A DNA stretch of 60,601 nucleotides, from positions 2,108,001-2,168,601 of the forward strand of contig NW_026782268.1 of the NCBI RefSeq assembly GCF_031769215.1, in the 5' to 3' direction. Within the stretch, counting starts at the first letter, position 1, and every line of letters starts with the position of its first letter. The position numbers and the translations under genes were made by a program. The stretch is from Ylistrum balloti. Taxonomy: Eukaryota. The notes beneath the pieces were generated by a model that worked only from the letters and a program-made list of their open reading frames with translations, was not told where the DNA came from and searched no databases. Positions 24,969-37,625 of this stretch are shown here, one piece after another.

Positions 24969-26219
24969 CTAAATTCCTATATTAACCTCGAAAACTGACA
25001 TTGAAACAACCTCAAAAATGAGAATGATGATCTCGCTTATCAAAAACAATGATTTGTCAATGAACTTGGAAACGCTCTCAATGTCATCTTTAGTACTGCG
25101 AATCCAGTCCTGACTTTCTCTGACACTTGCTTCGTCATCTGTGACGCCATCTTTAATTTCAATGCGGTTCCTTTTCCTGCATCTCGCTATATATATCCAG
25201 GTTTTGACAAAAAGAGTCAACCAACATGGAAACTCATAAAGGTTTTGCACTTCAACATAATTAAGACGTAATACTGTTAGTATGATTAACAAACAGCTGA
25301 AACATATGGATCCCAGGAGGAAATGGGATAGTCCTGACATCGGGTCAGAAACCTTCGGCATTAGTTCTTGTCCTATGTAAGACATGTACACAGCAAGGGA
25401 CAAAAATATTGTTACCGCAAACGATATTCTCTCACCCGAAGAAACGGGAAGTAGAAAAACAAATGGGTTTAAAAAGCACAACAGTATAACAGGACTCGCT
25501 AGTGATATCATGAAATATCGCGGTTTTCTTCTTAAATAAATATCATGTGAAATCACCGTTGCGTATTTGCTATATCTTGCATTTTCCGCTACAAACGTCC
25601 TGTCTATCTCCCATTCTTTGCTTGGCCAGAACAAGCTAGTGTCAATTTTTGACATATTTGGCAAAAGTTTCACTTCAGATCGACTGTATAACCAAGGTGC
25701 GAATATTGCGGAACACACATGAGAATCCGAAGGAAAACTCGTCATATCAACGCTACATGTTGTCTTAACTACTCTACCTGGCGTAAACATTACCGTGCCG
25801 TTACTAAAGACCCTAGCATCAAATTTATCTGATCCGTACTCTTCATATTCGTCCGCGGACGATATCATGAAGATTGATGGTTTCCATATGAGTGCAGAAC
25901 TAAAACCATGATGTACGATACCGCCATATTCAGTCGAGTTCCATGCTAGGCGAAAGTCCATCCAGTTCAATTGAAATCCAGATGATATGGTCAGAGTACC
26001 AGACACCTCATCAAAATCCAAAATAGACGCTACAATAAAAATTGTATTTATCTCTACTACATCACTGAGGTTACGCACGGGTCGCATTTCTCTATAATAG
26101 TTACGAAAAAGTTGCGTTTTTAGGTTGTTGATATCGTTTATAGTGCCAGACGCCATAACGGACTGAACAGTCACGTGATACTGCAGTAGAAAGATTACTG
26201 GAAAGACTGATGTCATCAT
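24969..26219 (-). CDS. Gene D: intronless divergent nAChR-like non-alpha subunit (416 aa)
   Basis: Signal peptide, WKPS, Cys-loop CSVDMTSFPSDSHVC, loop B APWLY, M2 SSGERISFAVTIFLSLAVYM, short M3-M4 loop, M4. No loop C CC. Confidence 0.92.
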   Translation of the reverse strand: MMTSVFPVIFLLQYHVTVQSVMASGTINDINNLKTQLFRNYYREMRPVRNLSDVVEINTIFIVASILDFDEVSGTLTISSGFQLNWMDFRLAWNSTEYGGIVHHGFSSALIWKPSIFMISSADEYEEYGSDKFDARVFSNGTVMFTPGRVVKTTCSVDMTSFPSDSHVCSAIFAPWLYSRSEVKLLPNMSKIDTSLFWPSKEWEIDRTFVAENARYSKYATVISHDIYLRRKPRYFMISLASPVILLCFLNPFVFLLPVSSGERISFAVTIFLSLAVYMSYIGQELMPKVSDPMSGLSHFLLGSICFSCLLIILTVLRLNYVEVQNLYEFPCWLTLFVKTWIYIARCRKRNRIEIKDGVTDDEASVRESQDWIRSTKDDIESVSKFIDKSLFLISEIIILIFEVVSMSVFEVNIGI

Positions 26220-27434
26220 TATGTGTCGACTTTCCGTCGTCTATAAACAAAAATAAATATTCATTACTACTGACACACACTATATATTTATAAGCTATTT
26301 TGCTCACTCTAAATTATGAAAAGGTATTATTCTCTGGTGTAGCTTTTGTACAATCGTGCTTATAATGTTCGCGCACAACATTTGTGGTAACCAGGTTACG
26401 CCAAATATGGAAATCTGTTCTAACGATTCAAATCTTCAGGTAAGTAAAGAAAACATGAAACAATACAAATGATAATTGAAAGCGCTGAAATGATGCTTCT
26501 AAATAAGGTATTTGTCTTACCGTTGTAAAATCTTTACACCTTGCTGTCAATTTGATAACACTGTACAGCTTACGGAGAAGGTTACTGCAACGCAAATGAG
26601 ACTAAAATGCCAAAGAGCGTGTTCTACATATGTTGAAAAATGGAAGAAATCAATATATTTCATATAACTACCTTTGCTACCATGGCAATTTAAACCAATA
26701 AGATTGTGATAATTACGTGTTGGGTCCGGATCCATTATGTAGACATTCAAGTATCATCAGTACCCACACGGTAAGTGCTTTACTTAAACATTGTCCAGGC
26801 GAAAATCAAACACGGTGTATTGGTAATATTTACATATGGTTTGAAGTATCTTTATCATTACCAGTTCTATCCACTACTGACAAAATGTTCTGGGCGTATG
26901 TATTTGTGCATGGATACTGAGTGTTGTCAATATACTGTAATGGATGATATTTTTAAGATTGTACAAAAGACACACAAGTAATTAGCACCTTTTTTCATAA
27001 TTTAGAGTGAGATACAGTGAAGCCAAACAATGAAATAAAGCTCTCTTAGTATCCGGATTTAGTGTACCTTATAGGTAGTAATACATATTCTCAAAGCATC
27101 AAAAACTGCAACATTGTTATATGAGGAACCCAAAACATATATCAGTGTTCCGGACAGCCCACTGGCGAAAATAACATCCATCCTTACAACATTCAAAAAG
27201 CAAGATGTAAGATATTCTGGGACGTTTTACACGATTATTTTGTACTTTATAACATTTGATCGACATGAAGGATACCTGACACAACTGTGATAGGATACTT
27301 ACATATCCATCAAAATACTTACACATATCTATAATTTAACTCCTTGTTCCCATTTCGGTAAAATATGATATTTCAAAATTGAAATGTATACATGTACCTC
27401 TCTACCGATACAAAACACCGTACCGTCGTTAGAT

Positions 27435-29440
27435 CACTGACAGGTTTAAATGTTCTGACCTGATATGACATCCTTTAGACTACCCACAGCACCGACAGTT
27501 TTAAATGTTCTGACCTGATATGACATCCTTTAGACTACCCACAGCACTGACAGTTTTAAATGTTCTGACCTGATATGACATCCTTTAGACTACTACCCAC
27601 AGCACCGACAGTTTTAAATGTTCTGACCTGATATGACATCCTTTAGACTACCCACAGCACTGACAGTTTTAAATGTTCTGACCTGATATGAAATCCTTTA
27701 GACTACCCACAGCACCGACAGTTTTAAATGTTCTGACCTGATATGACATCCTTTAGACTACCCACAGCACCGACAGTTTTAAATGTTCTGACCTGATATG
27801 ACATCCTTTAGACTACTACCCACAGCACCGACAGTTTTAAATGTTCTGACCTGATATGACATCCTTTAGACTACCCACAGCACCGACAGTTTTAAATGTT
27901 CTGACCTGATATGACATCCTTTAGACTACCCACAGCACCGACAGTTTTAAATGTTCTGACCTGATATGACATCCTTTAGACTACCCACAGCACCGACAGT
28001 TTTAAATGTTCTGACCTGATATGACATCCTTTAGACTACTACCCACAGCACCTGATATGACATCCTTTAGACTACTACCCACAGCACCACCGACAGTTTT
28101 AAATGTTCTGACTGATATGACATGATATGACATCCTATGACATCCTTTAGACTACCCACAGCACCGACAGTTTTAAATGTTCTGACCTGATATGACATCC
28201 TTTAGACTACTACCCACAGCACCGACAGTTTTAAATGTTCTGACCTGATATGACATCCTTTAGACTACCCACAGCACTGACAGTTTTAAATGTTCTGACC
28301 TGATATGACATCCTTTAGACTACTACCTACAGCACCGACAGTTTTAAATGTTCTGACCTGATATGACATCCTTTAGACTACTACCCACAGCACCGACAGT
28401 TTTAAATGTTCTGACCTGATATGACATCCTTTAGACTACTACCCACAGCACCGACAGTTTTAAATGTTCTGACCTGATATGACATCCTTTAGACTACTAC
28501 CCACAGCACCGACAGTTTTAAATGTTCTGACCTGATATGACATCCTTTAGACTACTACCCACAGCACCGACAGTTTTAAATGTTCTGACCTGATATGACA
28601 TCCTTTAGACTACCCACAGCACCGACAGTTTTAAATGTTCTGACCTGATATGACATCCTTTAGACTACCCACAGCACCGACAGTTTTAAATGTTCTGACC
28701 TGATATGACATCCTTTAGACTACTACCCACAGCACCGACAGTTTTAAATGTTCTGACCTGATATGACATCCTTTAGACTACTACCCACAGCACCGACAGT
28801 TTTAAATGTTCTGACCTGATATGACATCCTTTAGACTACTACCCACAGCACCGACAGTTTTAAATGTTCTAACCAGATATGACATCCTTTAGACTACTAC
28901 CCACAGCACCGACAGTTTTAAATGTTCTGACCTGATATGACATCCTTTAGACTACTACCCACAGCACCGACAGTTTTAAATGTTCTGACCTGATATGACA
29001 TCCTTTAGACTACTACCCACAGCACCGACAGTTTTAAATGTTCTGACCTGATATGACATCCTTTAGACTACTACCCACAGCACCGACAGTTTTAAATGTT
29101 CTGACCTGATATGAAATCCTTAAGACTACTAACCACAGCACCGACAGTTTTAAATGTTCTGACCTGATATGACATCCTTTAGACTACTACCCACAGCACC
29201 GACAGTTTTAAATGTTCTGACCTGATATGACATCCTTTAGACTACTACCCACAGCACCGACAGTTTTAAATGTTCTGACCTGATATGACATCCTTTAGAC
29301 TACTACCCACAGCACCGACAGTTTTAAATGTTCTGACCTGATATGACATCCTTTAGACTACTACCTACAGCACCGACAGTTTTAAATGTTCTGACCTGAT
29401 ATGACATCCTTTAGACTACTACCTACAGCACTGGCAGTTT
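27435..29440. repeat. Minisatellite, 55/58-bp unit, ~35 copies
   Basis: Unit (tac)tacccacagcaccgacagttttaaatgttctgacctgatatgacatcctttagac, with or without an extra tac. Partial units occur around 28040-28145. Confidence 0.97.
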
Positions 29441-29683
29441 AGCAATCAAATGTTTGTCCTCTCCTACACTTATGTGTTTGCAATGGTCAATTAACATTAC
29501 TAGATAAATAAACCTTTCAAAACAATTGATAACTGAAGACAGCTGAAAAGCATTCATCTTTTTAGACTTGCTAAAAGAGACCTAACCCTGAGTATACCAT
29601 TTTCTTGATCTCGGTCCAGTTATCCAGTTACCACAGCCGTATAACTCCGACTACCAGCAAACGGTGTTTTCAAATCGAACCAT

Positions 29684-30189
29684 AGGGACTTGGCACGAAT
29701 TTCCGACTCATGGGTCCATATATATATTTAATAGTGACAAAGGTTGTAACTGCCGACAACGGAAAACTGAACATGTTGTTTTCAGTTAGTTTTTTTGTTA
29801 TATATTCTAGGGGCCGCAGATCTTAGTAACATATGTATCACATTTAAGAAAAATGCATTATCGTTCAAATGAGTGTTTGATGTACGAGATAGGCCAAGTA
29901 TCGACCTTGTATGTAGAATGTCCACGTAGACATTTCCCTGTCCGGTTGAAACACAATCTCGTCTGTAATGGGTACTTCAATAATAGAAATCGCGAAATAC
30001 CATGCAGATCTCCAAGAGTTACTGCCCTTCGTCTCACTCTGAATTTTCTTTGAAAATTAATATTGTCTTACTAAGATATGTGACCCGTACAAATAATTAA
30101 AATCCTGTTCAGTTTTCCGTTTTCGGGAGATACATCCCATGTCACCATAATAGATATACATGGACCATGAGTCGGAAATTCGAGTCCCT
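29684..30189. repeat. Imperfect inverted repeat: arms 29684-29830 and 30067-30189, spacer ~235 nt (foldback or MITE-like)
   Basis: Reverse complement of the right arm shares agggact, cgaatttccgactcatg, gtccat, gtgaca, aacggaaaactgaaca and atcttagtaa with the left arm, in the same order. Confidence 0.75.
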
Positions 30190-31893
30190 GTGAATCGAAC
30201 GATATCGAGAAGATAATGAAAGATTGGAAGGTGGGCACCTGTCAAGCCTTCGCGACGGATAACGCAAAGATCGTTGTCAACGAGAACCAAACGAAAAGTC
30301 AATAAAATGAAGGTGCAAATGACGAAGAGCTGCACGTGGCTATAGGAAAGAATCGGCGCAACCTTCAGCAGCGGAAAACTTGACGGGTATTTTATGAAAA
30401 GCACGACAGTTAATAAGTCTGACGAGAGGGTATCAAATGTAACAGGACAGGAAATAGTGACTAGCCTAATGCCATTGGTTAAGGTGTTCGACGGCAAGAA
30501 AAACTCAAGGCTGGCGGATTTTTTTTTTTTTTTTTTTTTTTCTTTTTCTTTAATTTATGTTTCTGTTGATATTTGTAAGGGATCTCGTGATTTTATCTCA
30601 TTTACGTTGCGAGTAAACAACATTCCTGACGTAGCCGTGCAAATGTTTGATGTTTAAGATAAACCAGTAACCCGTATTGGCATCACTTTGCTATACTTAT
30701 TGGGGAAGTCCCCAATCGATTTGCGGCCTGTTGAATAAAGTTTCAGATAAATTGCCACTAGCACAGCGAAGCAGGGGAGCTGTTTGGCGGTTGCAAATCT
30801 GGAACTTCCCCTTACGTAAAGTGTCCAAGGAAACATACAGAAAAAAACTATAGGAATTATTACCTGTGAGGGTTTATGTTTAAGTTGTAGTTGTTAAGTC
30901 ATCAATGTATGCATGTGTCTATGATTAATTATCGAAAACAGCAGTTGTTTTTTTTTTCATAGATTTTTTCAAACAAATGTTTAATATTTCATATTGAAAA
31001 CGTCTTTTTTGTTAATTAAAATATGACCAGTACGATTATAGTAGTCTGAACAGGAAACAAGACAAACAACCACAAAAGGAAGAAAACAATTCAAACAAAA
31101 ACAGGGGTTAGGATTATTCTAGTTTTGATATATAGCATACATGGCGTTCAAAGGGAGGTAACTGTTCCATTACTGTAGATAAGGGTGAGATAGCATCATA
31201 ACATCAATTCAAAATGATTTCCATGCATCCGATATATCGATAGAAAGTACCGTCATTAAGGACACTACTATTCCTGGGATGAAATAGAAGTATTGGTTAA
31301 TTTTTATGTTACATTAGGTTTGATATATTTTTATTGCCTTTTGTTTACTTTATTATACCTTGGTTCGCATTCTTATCGGAAAAATGCTGACATGTTGAGA
31401 TGAAAAAAATGAGTTCATAAGAAACATCCATGGAAGTACAAAATAGAAGTATACTTTCCACTGTAATCAAAGAACTTCAGCGAAATTAGTACCACATAAA
31501 ACATGATTAAACACTGGTTCAGCCATAAAACCATAGTATGGCGTTTCGCCTATTTGATAATTGTCGATAGTTGAAAACTGGCCTTGTGTAAAAACGGTCA
31601 CTCCCAGAAGTGTATATATTTTGTCGCGAAAGTCAGAGCCGGCAGTTTAATTGTAAAAGCATTTAAACTGTACATAAACCACGTGTAATGTTACCGAAAA
31701 ACCTACATAGGTTTCCAAACTGGCATTCTATATGACATGATCGATTTCAATATTACAGAAGATTTCATCACGGCATTAAGTTTGCCATGCCTTCACCTGT
31801 TAACTGACTTGAAAGCATTTTCGTTTATTTCGGAATCAGTGATAGAATTTTTTCAAAATAGAGTCTAAACACAATTCTATACAAAGGGACAAA

Positions 31894-31922
31894 ACACACA
31901 CACACGCACACACACACACACT

Positions 31923-31960
<38 letters not shown>
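31894..31960. repeat. (CA)n microsatellite
   Basis: Read directly. Confidence 0.95.
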
Positions 31961-32304
31961 AATAGCACCTATTGATAAACATCCATCTAGAACACGTCAG
32001 TGCATTCTCTGGTGCCAAATTTATCTCTATCACAAGGCAAAACGAAAGAAGATAACTGGTAGATTTGAATGTTGTCGTGATATGAAGAGCGACTGAGGAA
32101 AACATGAATATAGAAAATATCAAAACTTCTATGTTTTGTTAATGTTGACACGAATATTTACGATATAAAACGATATTGTATATATAAATCTCAAAATTGT
32201 ACATTGAAAAACAGAAGTTTAACATTATTAACTACAGGATTGTACAATTAAAAAAAACAAATAAAATACCAGTATCTCAACATAAAAAAAAAAAAAAAAA
32301 AAAA

Positions 32305-32382
32305 ATTCGACCTCACTTAAATCGAATACTCGGATAACTCGAATTTTTCAAACGGTCCTTCGAAATAACGAAGTTCGACTGT
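32305..32382. mobile_element. Possible terminal remnant of a Tc1/pogo-type MITE
   Basis: Ends in cttcgaaataacgaagttcgactg (reverse complement cagtcgaacttcgttatttcgaag), which resembles CAGTCGAAC-type TIRs. No partner TIR found. Confidence 0.3.
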
Positions 32383-33363
32383 TGTACATATACAACGTCA
32401 CATATTTGATACAAGGGACGCTTCCCATAACAATAAATCAAACATATAAAATCGCGTCCTCCTCTGTTAACATGCATCATATCCATTGCTTTACATACAA
32501 TAGAATTTCATTGTCATTATAATTCACATCATATGTGTTATTAGATTTATCAACTTGGTAAGTTTTGTATACGTTCGTTTGAAGAGATACGAAGGATTGT
32601 TCTGTGAACGGATGAATTGTGACGTATCTAATGTTTATATAACAATGCAGAGCCTGTTTTGGTCACAATAACACGTCTTCACCGTGCGACATAGGTAGAG
32701 AACAGAAAGTGAAAACAGAGTTATGCAGAGGTGACTGCACAAAATTGTTGGTGTCAGATATCTTTTTTTAATCATTGTGTTACGAGAAAATACAACACGG
32801 TATGTATTGTTTATCGACTCCACAGAGGCTCTCAGAAATTGTGAGAAACTCGAAAGCATACAAGCGACTTCTGTGAATGTGATTTAAACGCAAGATTATT
32901 GTTTTTGTTTAGAATGTATATTTTTTCTTCTTTCGACTTTTAAATATTGGAAACAGGAGGTAGTATATGAAAATGAATTTTAAAGTGCTGGACGAGATAT
33001 ACAAAGCCAATCACCACTAATTAGTATTCTGTGTACGTGTCTTCACTGTCTACTGTACAAGATATTACGAAACCTGATATGATCACGATTTACTAAAACA
33101 GGCGACACAGGTAGACATTAGATTAGGTGATACACGCGTCAGAATGCCAGACATAACATATTACACTACTTTTTCACAAAACGTGTTAAAAATGTCAGGG
33201 TCTGTTTCAGATATGTAATTTGACTCGTATGAATCTTGATACTCGTATTTAAGAACCTGCTCTGCTCTTTCAACACGTTTCTGCGAAAAGCAAACATGAA
33301 AAAGAACTTATAATCAAATAGAAAAACTACTGATGGAGCCGAATAAAGATATGAAGATTTGAA

Positions 33364-33403
33364 CCCCTACCCCCAACCCCAACCCCCCAACCCCCAACCT
33401 CCC
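33364..33403 (-). other. G-quadruplex-forming G-tract
   Basis: Minus strand reads GGGAGGTTGGGGGTTGGGGGGTTGGGGTTGGGGGTAGGGG, with at least five runs of three or more G. Confidence 0.7.
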
Positions 33404-34294
33404 ACTTCCGGCACCACTACCACAAAAATGATAGTTCAATGTATACATCACTTTGTGTCTATATCGAACACTATTCAGTTGATTGATAATGAGCCCTGTC
33501 GCAGGCTCTTAATGACCTGTTTTGTTTATTTGTTATTTTGAAATTGAAGTTGGTAATTTGCTAATGACGCTGTTTGTTATGAATTTCATTTCTTTGGACT
33601 AAATGAATGGTTGTGGTGCTCAGTTGTTTTTGTTTATTTTCATGTTTTCTAAAGACGCAATAAAAAAAATTGCGAAAATTTGTCATTTAAAATGAAATAA
33701 TATATAAAAATACTTGTATTTAGCTTCATAATTTTGGTGAACAACGATTTCAGCCATGTACACTAGTTTCAACAACTTGTCGCTCTGACTGATATGTACA
33801 CTGTGAAATTTCTGTAAACTATGATGTCTAGTCGTTCATGTTGGGTAACTCCTTGACTACTTTATTGACGTGACATTAAAACTACAGTGATGTTCTCAAT
33901 GATGGATGAAAAATAATTTTCCTCTTAAAACAAAGCTTCAGATCTGTTTGGACTCAACTATTTACACTTGCTCTGCACATCGCAAATATGAACCCACAAC
34001 ACACAGTGTATGATATTTTCAAATAATATGCATTAGTGATCTTGCTTTGATATATGTATAGATATATATTTATAATATATATATATATATATAAACCATA
34101 AAAATGAGGTAATACAAAAATATGTTTCTTTGCAAAAATATCACATATCTGATGGGAAAGAGTGAAATCTCCAGCCAATCAATTTCCTTACAGCTGGAAT
34201 TATCATTATGTCATTAAAGCAAGGAACATTTTTCCATCGGACAAACGGTCTGAAGCTTCTCATCAGATTATATTTGGTATCGTGTTATACTGAC

Positions 34295-35105
34295 TTAATG
34301 CTCAGAATCCTCAACGTCTGTAAGATACACCATGTAGAATATCAAACACATGAGCACCATACTAGCCAAAGTTATCACAAACAGAAATATGTCGAAGGCG
34401 TGCAATAGGGATTTTTTCACCAGAACATCATGGATGTCTATCTCAGTGTCATGAACTTTAGTGTCGAGTGGAAAATTTTCATTTAAATCTTCATTCTTCT
34501 TCTTTCGTTGTTTGCGTTTCAGTAGTCTCTTGTCTTTAATCCTGTTTAAGCGAACTAACCAGGCTGGTAGATCGTCATTGATGCTGAAACGAATGGTAAC
34601 TATTGCCATCAGAACTACCATGGTGCTGTGTAAAACGGACGCTAACAGGAAATAGGTCATTCCTGGCAGCCGTTCGGAGGTTGTTGGAAGAAATGACCCC
34701 ATCACGGACATGTAGACAGACAATGCTAGAAAAAGCGTCATTGAAAATGAGACCCTATCACTCGCTTCGACGGGAATTAGAAACACGAATGATTCTAGAA
34801 TGCACAGCACTGTCACTGGAATAAGCATGTTAATGATAAAATATTTAGATTTCCTTGCCATGTGAATGCTTATGGATATGTACGAACTTGACGAAGATTC
34901 CATTTGGTCATAGTCATCAACTTTATCCGACATATGGATCCCGAGGACATCCCACTCACCATTTTTAAGTAGAAATTCATTATTCACTGCGGATGTTGGA
35001 ACAACAAGTTCCATCTCGTGACTGGTATGGATCATGTTGCACAGGATCAATCTACATATATGGTGATCCTTCGGAAAGGAACGCATATTTGCAAGACACG
35101 ATGAT
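34295..35105 (-). CDS. Gene E exon 3 of 3 (Cys-loop, M1-M4); join complement(37932..38173,35932..36132,34295..35105), 417 aa nAChR-like non-alpha subunit
   Basis: Acceptor ttaccgcactttcag at 35106. Splicing restores GGVLISSCLANMRSFPKDHHIC (C-x13-C). M2 is ASDRVSFSMTLFLALSVYM. Confidence 0.9.
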
Positions 35106-35261
35106 CTGAAAGTGCGGTAAACAACAAATTAGTTCAGAAGTGAGATTTCAAAAGTAGCATTAAACTATATATTAAGTTATAACCAGATAAGTTCAGAAGT
35201 GAGATTTACAGAGTAGCATCAAACTGTTTAAGAAGTTATAACTGACTTCAAAACATCAAGA

Positions 35262-35430
35262 ATATACAAACATGGCAATATAATCATAATTCAAACTCCA
35301 TAAAACTAGGACAAAATATGAGCAAAAGATAGATTTATACGGAAACTCCTGAACAAGCACAAGGAGAATTTTTTTGGAGGAGTAAGCGTCTTCTGCTTCA
35401 TCGACGACACCCGCCATGTAAACCTTGTAA
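35262..35430 (-). mobile_element. PLE 3'-tail fragment in gene E intron 2
   Basis: Reverse complement matches the 37450-37620 tail (catggcgggtgtcgtcgatgaagcagaagacgc; ctagttttatggagtttgaattatgattat). Confidence 0.6.
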
Positions 35431-35931
35431 ATCATAGGGAAACGCATGCTTTTGCCAAAGTATAGTTCAGGTAAGCTATGATTTACCTTTGATAACGTTT
35501 GAAACTGGTGGCAAGACAATTAGTTGCAGTTTTAATAATAATGCTATAGTCATTTTACGATGCCTTCAAAAAGAATGATAACCCCTGGCTTCAGATTTTT
35601 ATTATTGCCTTTGACAGAATGCATGATGACTGTTTTGTCGTTCATGGCCATTCCTTTCATGTATTCTGTATTCTGCTTATCTGGAAACCACCACACCCAC
35701 CCCACATCCTATCCCACTCTCGTTTCATTTTCGCCCTTCTTAAATAACTCGTTTATTATATTATCCCCAGCCGACAAACATAAGGCGAATTCATGTATGG
35801 CGATACAAGGGCGAAAAGAACTGGGACGAAAATATCACGGTATGTATATCAGTTTTGCTATAAAGAATTATATCACTTCAGTTAATTAACACTTAATTAA
35901 CCCTCCATTAACCCCTCAGTAGCAGCCTTAC

Positions 35932-36132
35932 ATCAGTACGCCTCCAGGATTCCAGTAAATATCTCCGTTGTAGAGCACATAGACGTTGGATTCATCTGAT
36001 CCGATGTGCTGCATACCGTCAGCGGCATTGATTAGGACAATGCTTGGAAGCCACAACTGAGAAGCCGGCAGCACCATCCCTTCCACACCACCAAAATCAT
36101 CTGGGTCCCATTGAAGCCGGTAGTCGTGCCAT
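35932..36132 (-). CDS. Gene E exon 2 (201 nt)
   Basis: Acceptor ttctattggcaag, donor AT|gtaagg. Encodes WHDYRLQWDPDDFGG..WLPSIVLIN..YWNPGGVL. Phase 2/2 keeps the frame with exons 1 and 3. Confidence 0.9.
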
Positions 36133-36979
36133 CTTGCCAATAGAAGGGATGTTTTGATAAGTGACATTCAACTTATATATGTGAAGATAATGACGTCATA
36201 CTCATTAAACTAACATGTTACTTTAACAACATGAATATATTATAAATGCATGTTGTCTTACTTAGATCATTCAGAATATTTTTTTCATTTTATTATGTTA
36301 ATCATTTAAGTGTTGTCATTGCGAAATGCAAACTTAATTCAATAACTTCTATGTAATTACAAAAAAAGTGAAATAATTAACAAGGACTTGTTATCCAAAG
36401 AATATATCCAGCAGATATTGAATCTCAGCAACTAATAAGAGGCCTGCATAGTGCTATTGCAATCTATTTTCAGGACTGGAATTGTACTCATAATATCTCA
36501 ATTAAAACAAACCAACTAATGTTGACAACAAATGTTTATATCTTAGTTGCAATGCAAACTGAGATAAATATGAAGCATGTCGCCAAAAAATTGCATATTG
36601 ACAAATCAGATACCTAATCATTGCAATGTTCTTCTAAAGATATATAGATGACTATCGAACATATGTTTTTGTTAGACGAAAACTCGGACGTAAATTTAAC
36701 TTTTTTAATTTGTTAATTTCGTTAAACGTTGGTTGGCAAAAACAAAAAGCAATTTCAAAGCACAAAATCGTGAATAATATAAAAATGCTAGTTTACAATT
36801 ACAATTAAATCTTCAAGGCAACTGAAAAATGAGCATTTTGATAAATTTCCTCAAAGCTCAAGATTTATTTACACTTGGGTCCTACTGATCAAGAAAAGTG
36901 ATTAAAGGTATACTCCAGGAAAGTACCTAGCAGCAGTAGAAAACGTTGGAATTTGTTTGCATTAAAAATGGAATCAATA

Positions 36980-37625
36980 TAGCACACCGAATCAAAGGCA
37001 TATCAGACTCTTCTTCATCAGCTGCTTATCTCGACCTTTTCCTACAACGAAACCAACAGGGACAGCTTTCCATCAAGTTGTTTGATTTCAATTTCCCTAT
37101 TGTCAATTTTCAATTTCTGGATAGCAATATGCCCGCTTTTCTAACCTATGGTATTTGCATGTCACAGATGATTCGATAATCAAGGTCCTGTTCCCATTAT
37201 CACAATTTTTGTGCAAGAAGTCGTCAACTGACTGACATACTCGTAATGCAGGGTTTACAAAAGATGCAGGTTGATAAAAAATATGGGGAAGTTTTATGAT
37301 CGCCATAGTGATCTCAATGAGAAATATTCTATTTCTTTGCGCGACTTGAAGCTGAGCTTATTTATTTCTCGTTAGTTTGCCTGTTGGTTTCGTTGTTGTA
37401 TACCTTGTTCTCATTTGAGAACATGACATTACTTACTTGGACTGACCAAGTTTTACATGGCGGGTGTCGACGATAAAGCAGAAGACATTTATTCTTCTGG
37501 AACACCTTGTCTTATTTTCCTTGTACTTTTTCAGGAGTCTCCGTGTAAATCTTTCTTGTGTTCATATTTTGCTCTAGTTTTATGAAATTTGAATTTGAAT
37601 TATGATTATGTTGCCTTGTTGGTAT
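36980..37625 (+). mobile_element. Penelope-like retroelement fragment in gene E intron 1 (antisense to the gene)
   Basis: SSSAAYLDLFLQ..KLFDFNFPIVNFQFLDSNMP..YGICMSQMIR plus the same 3' tail as the 13790 and 18985 copies. Confidence 0.7.

Noticed and set aside
27435-29440. CRISPR-like appearance of the 55/58-bp array
   Set aside because: Units are contiguous with no unique spacers, there are no cas genes, and the context is eukaryotic.
30057-30657. 146-aa and 87-aa ORFs near the inverted repeat
   Set aside because: No recognisable domain; they overlap the repeat arm and a poly-T run.
33364-33403. Interstitial telomere
   Set aside because: Units are irregular TTGGGG-like, not the TTAGGG expected for molluscs, and the tract is only 40 nt.
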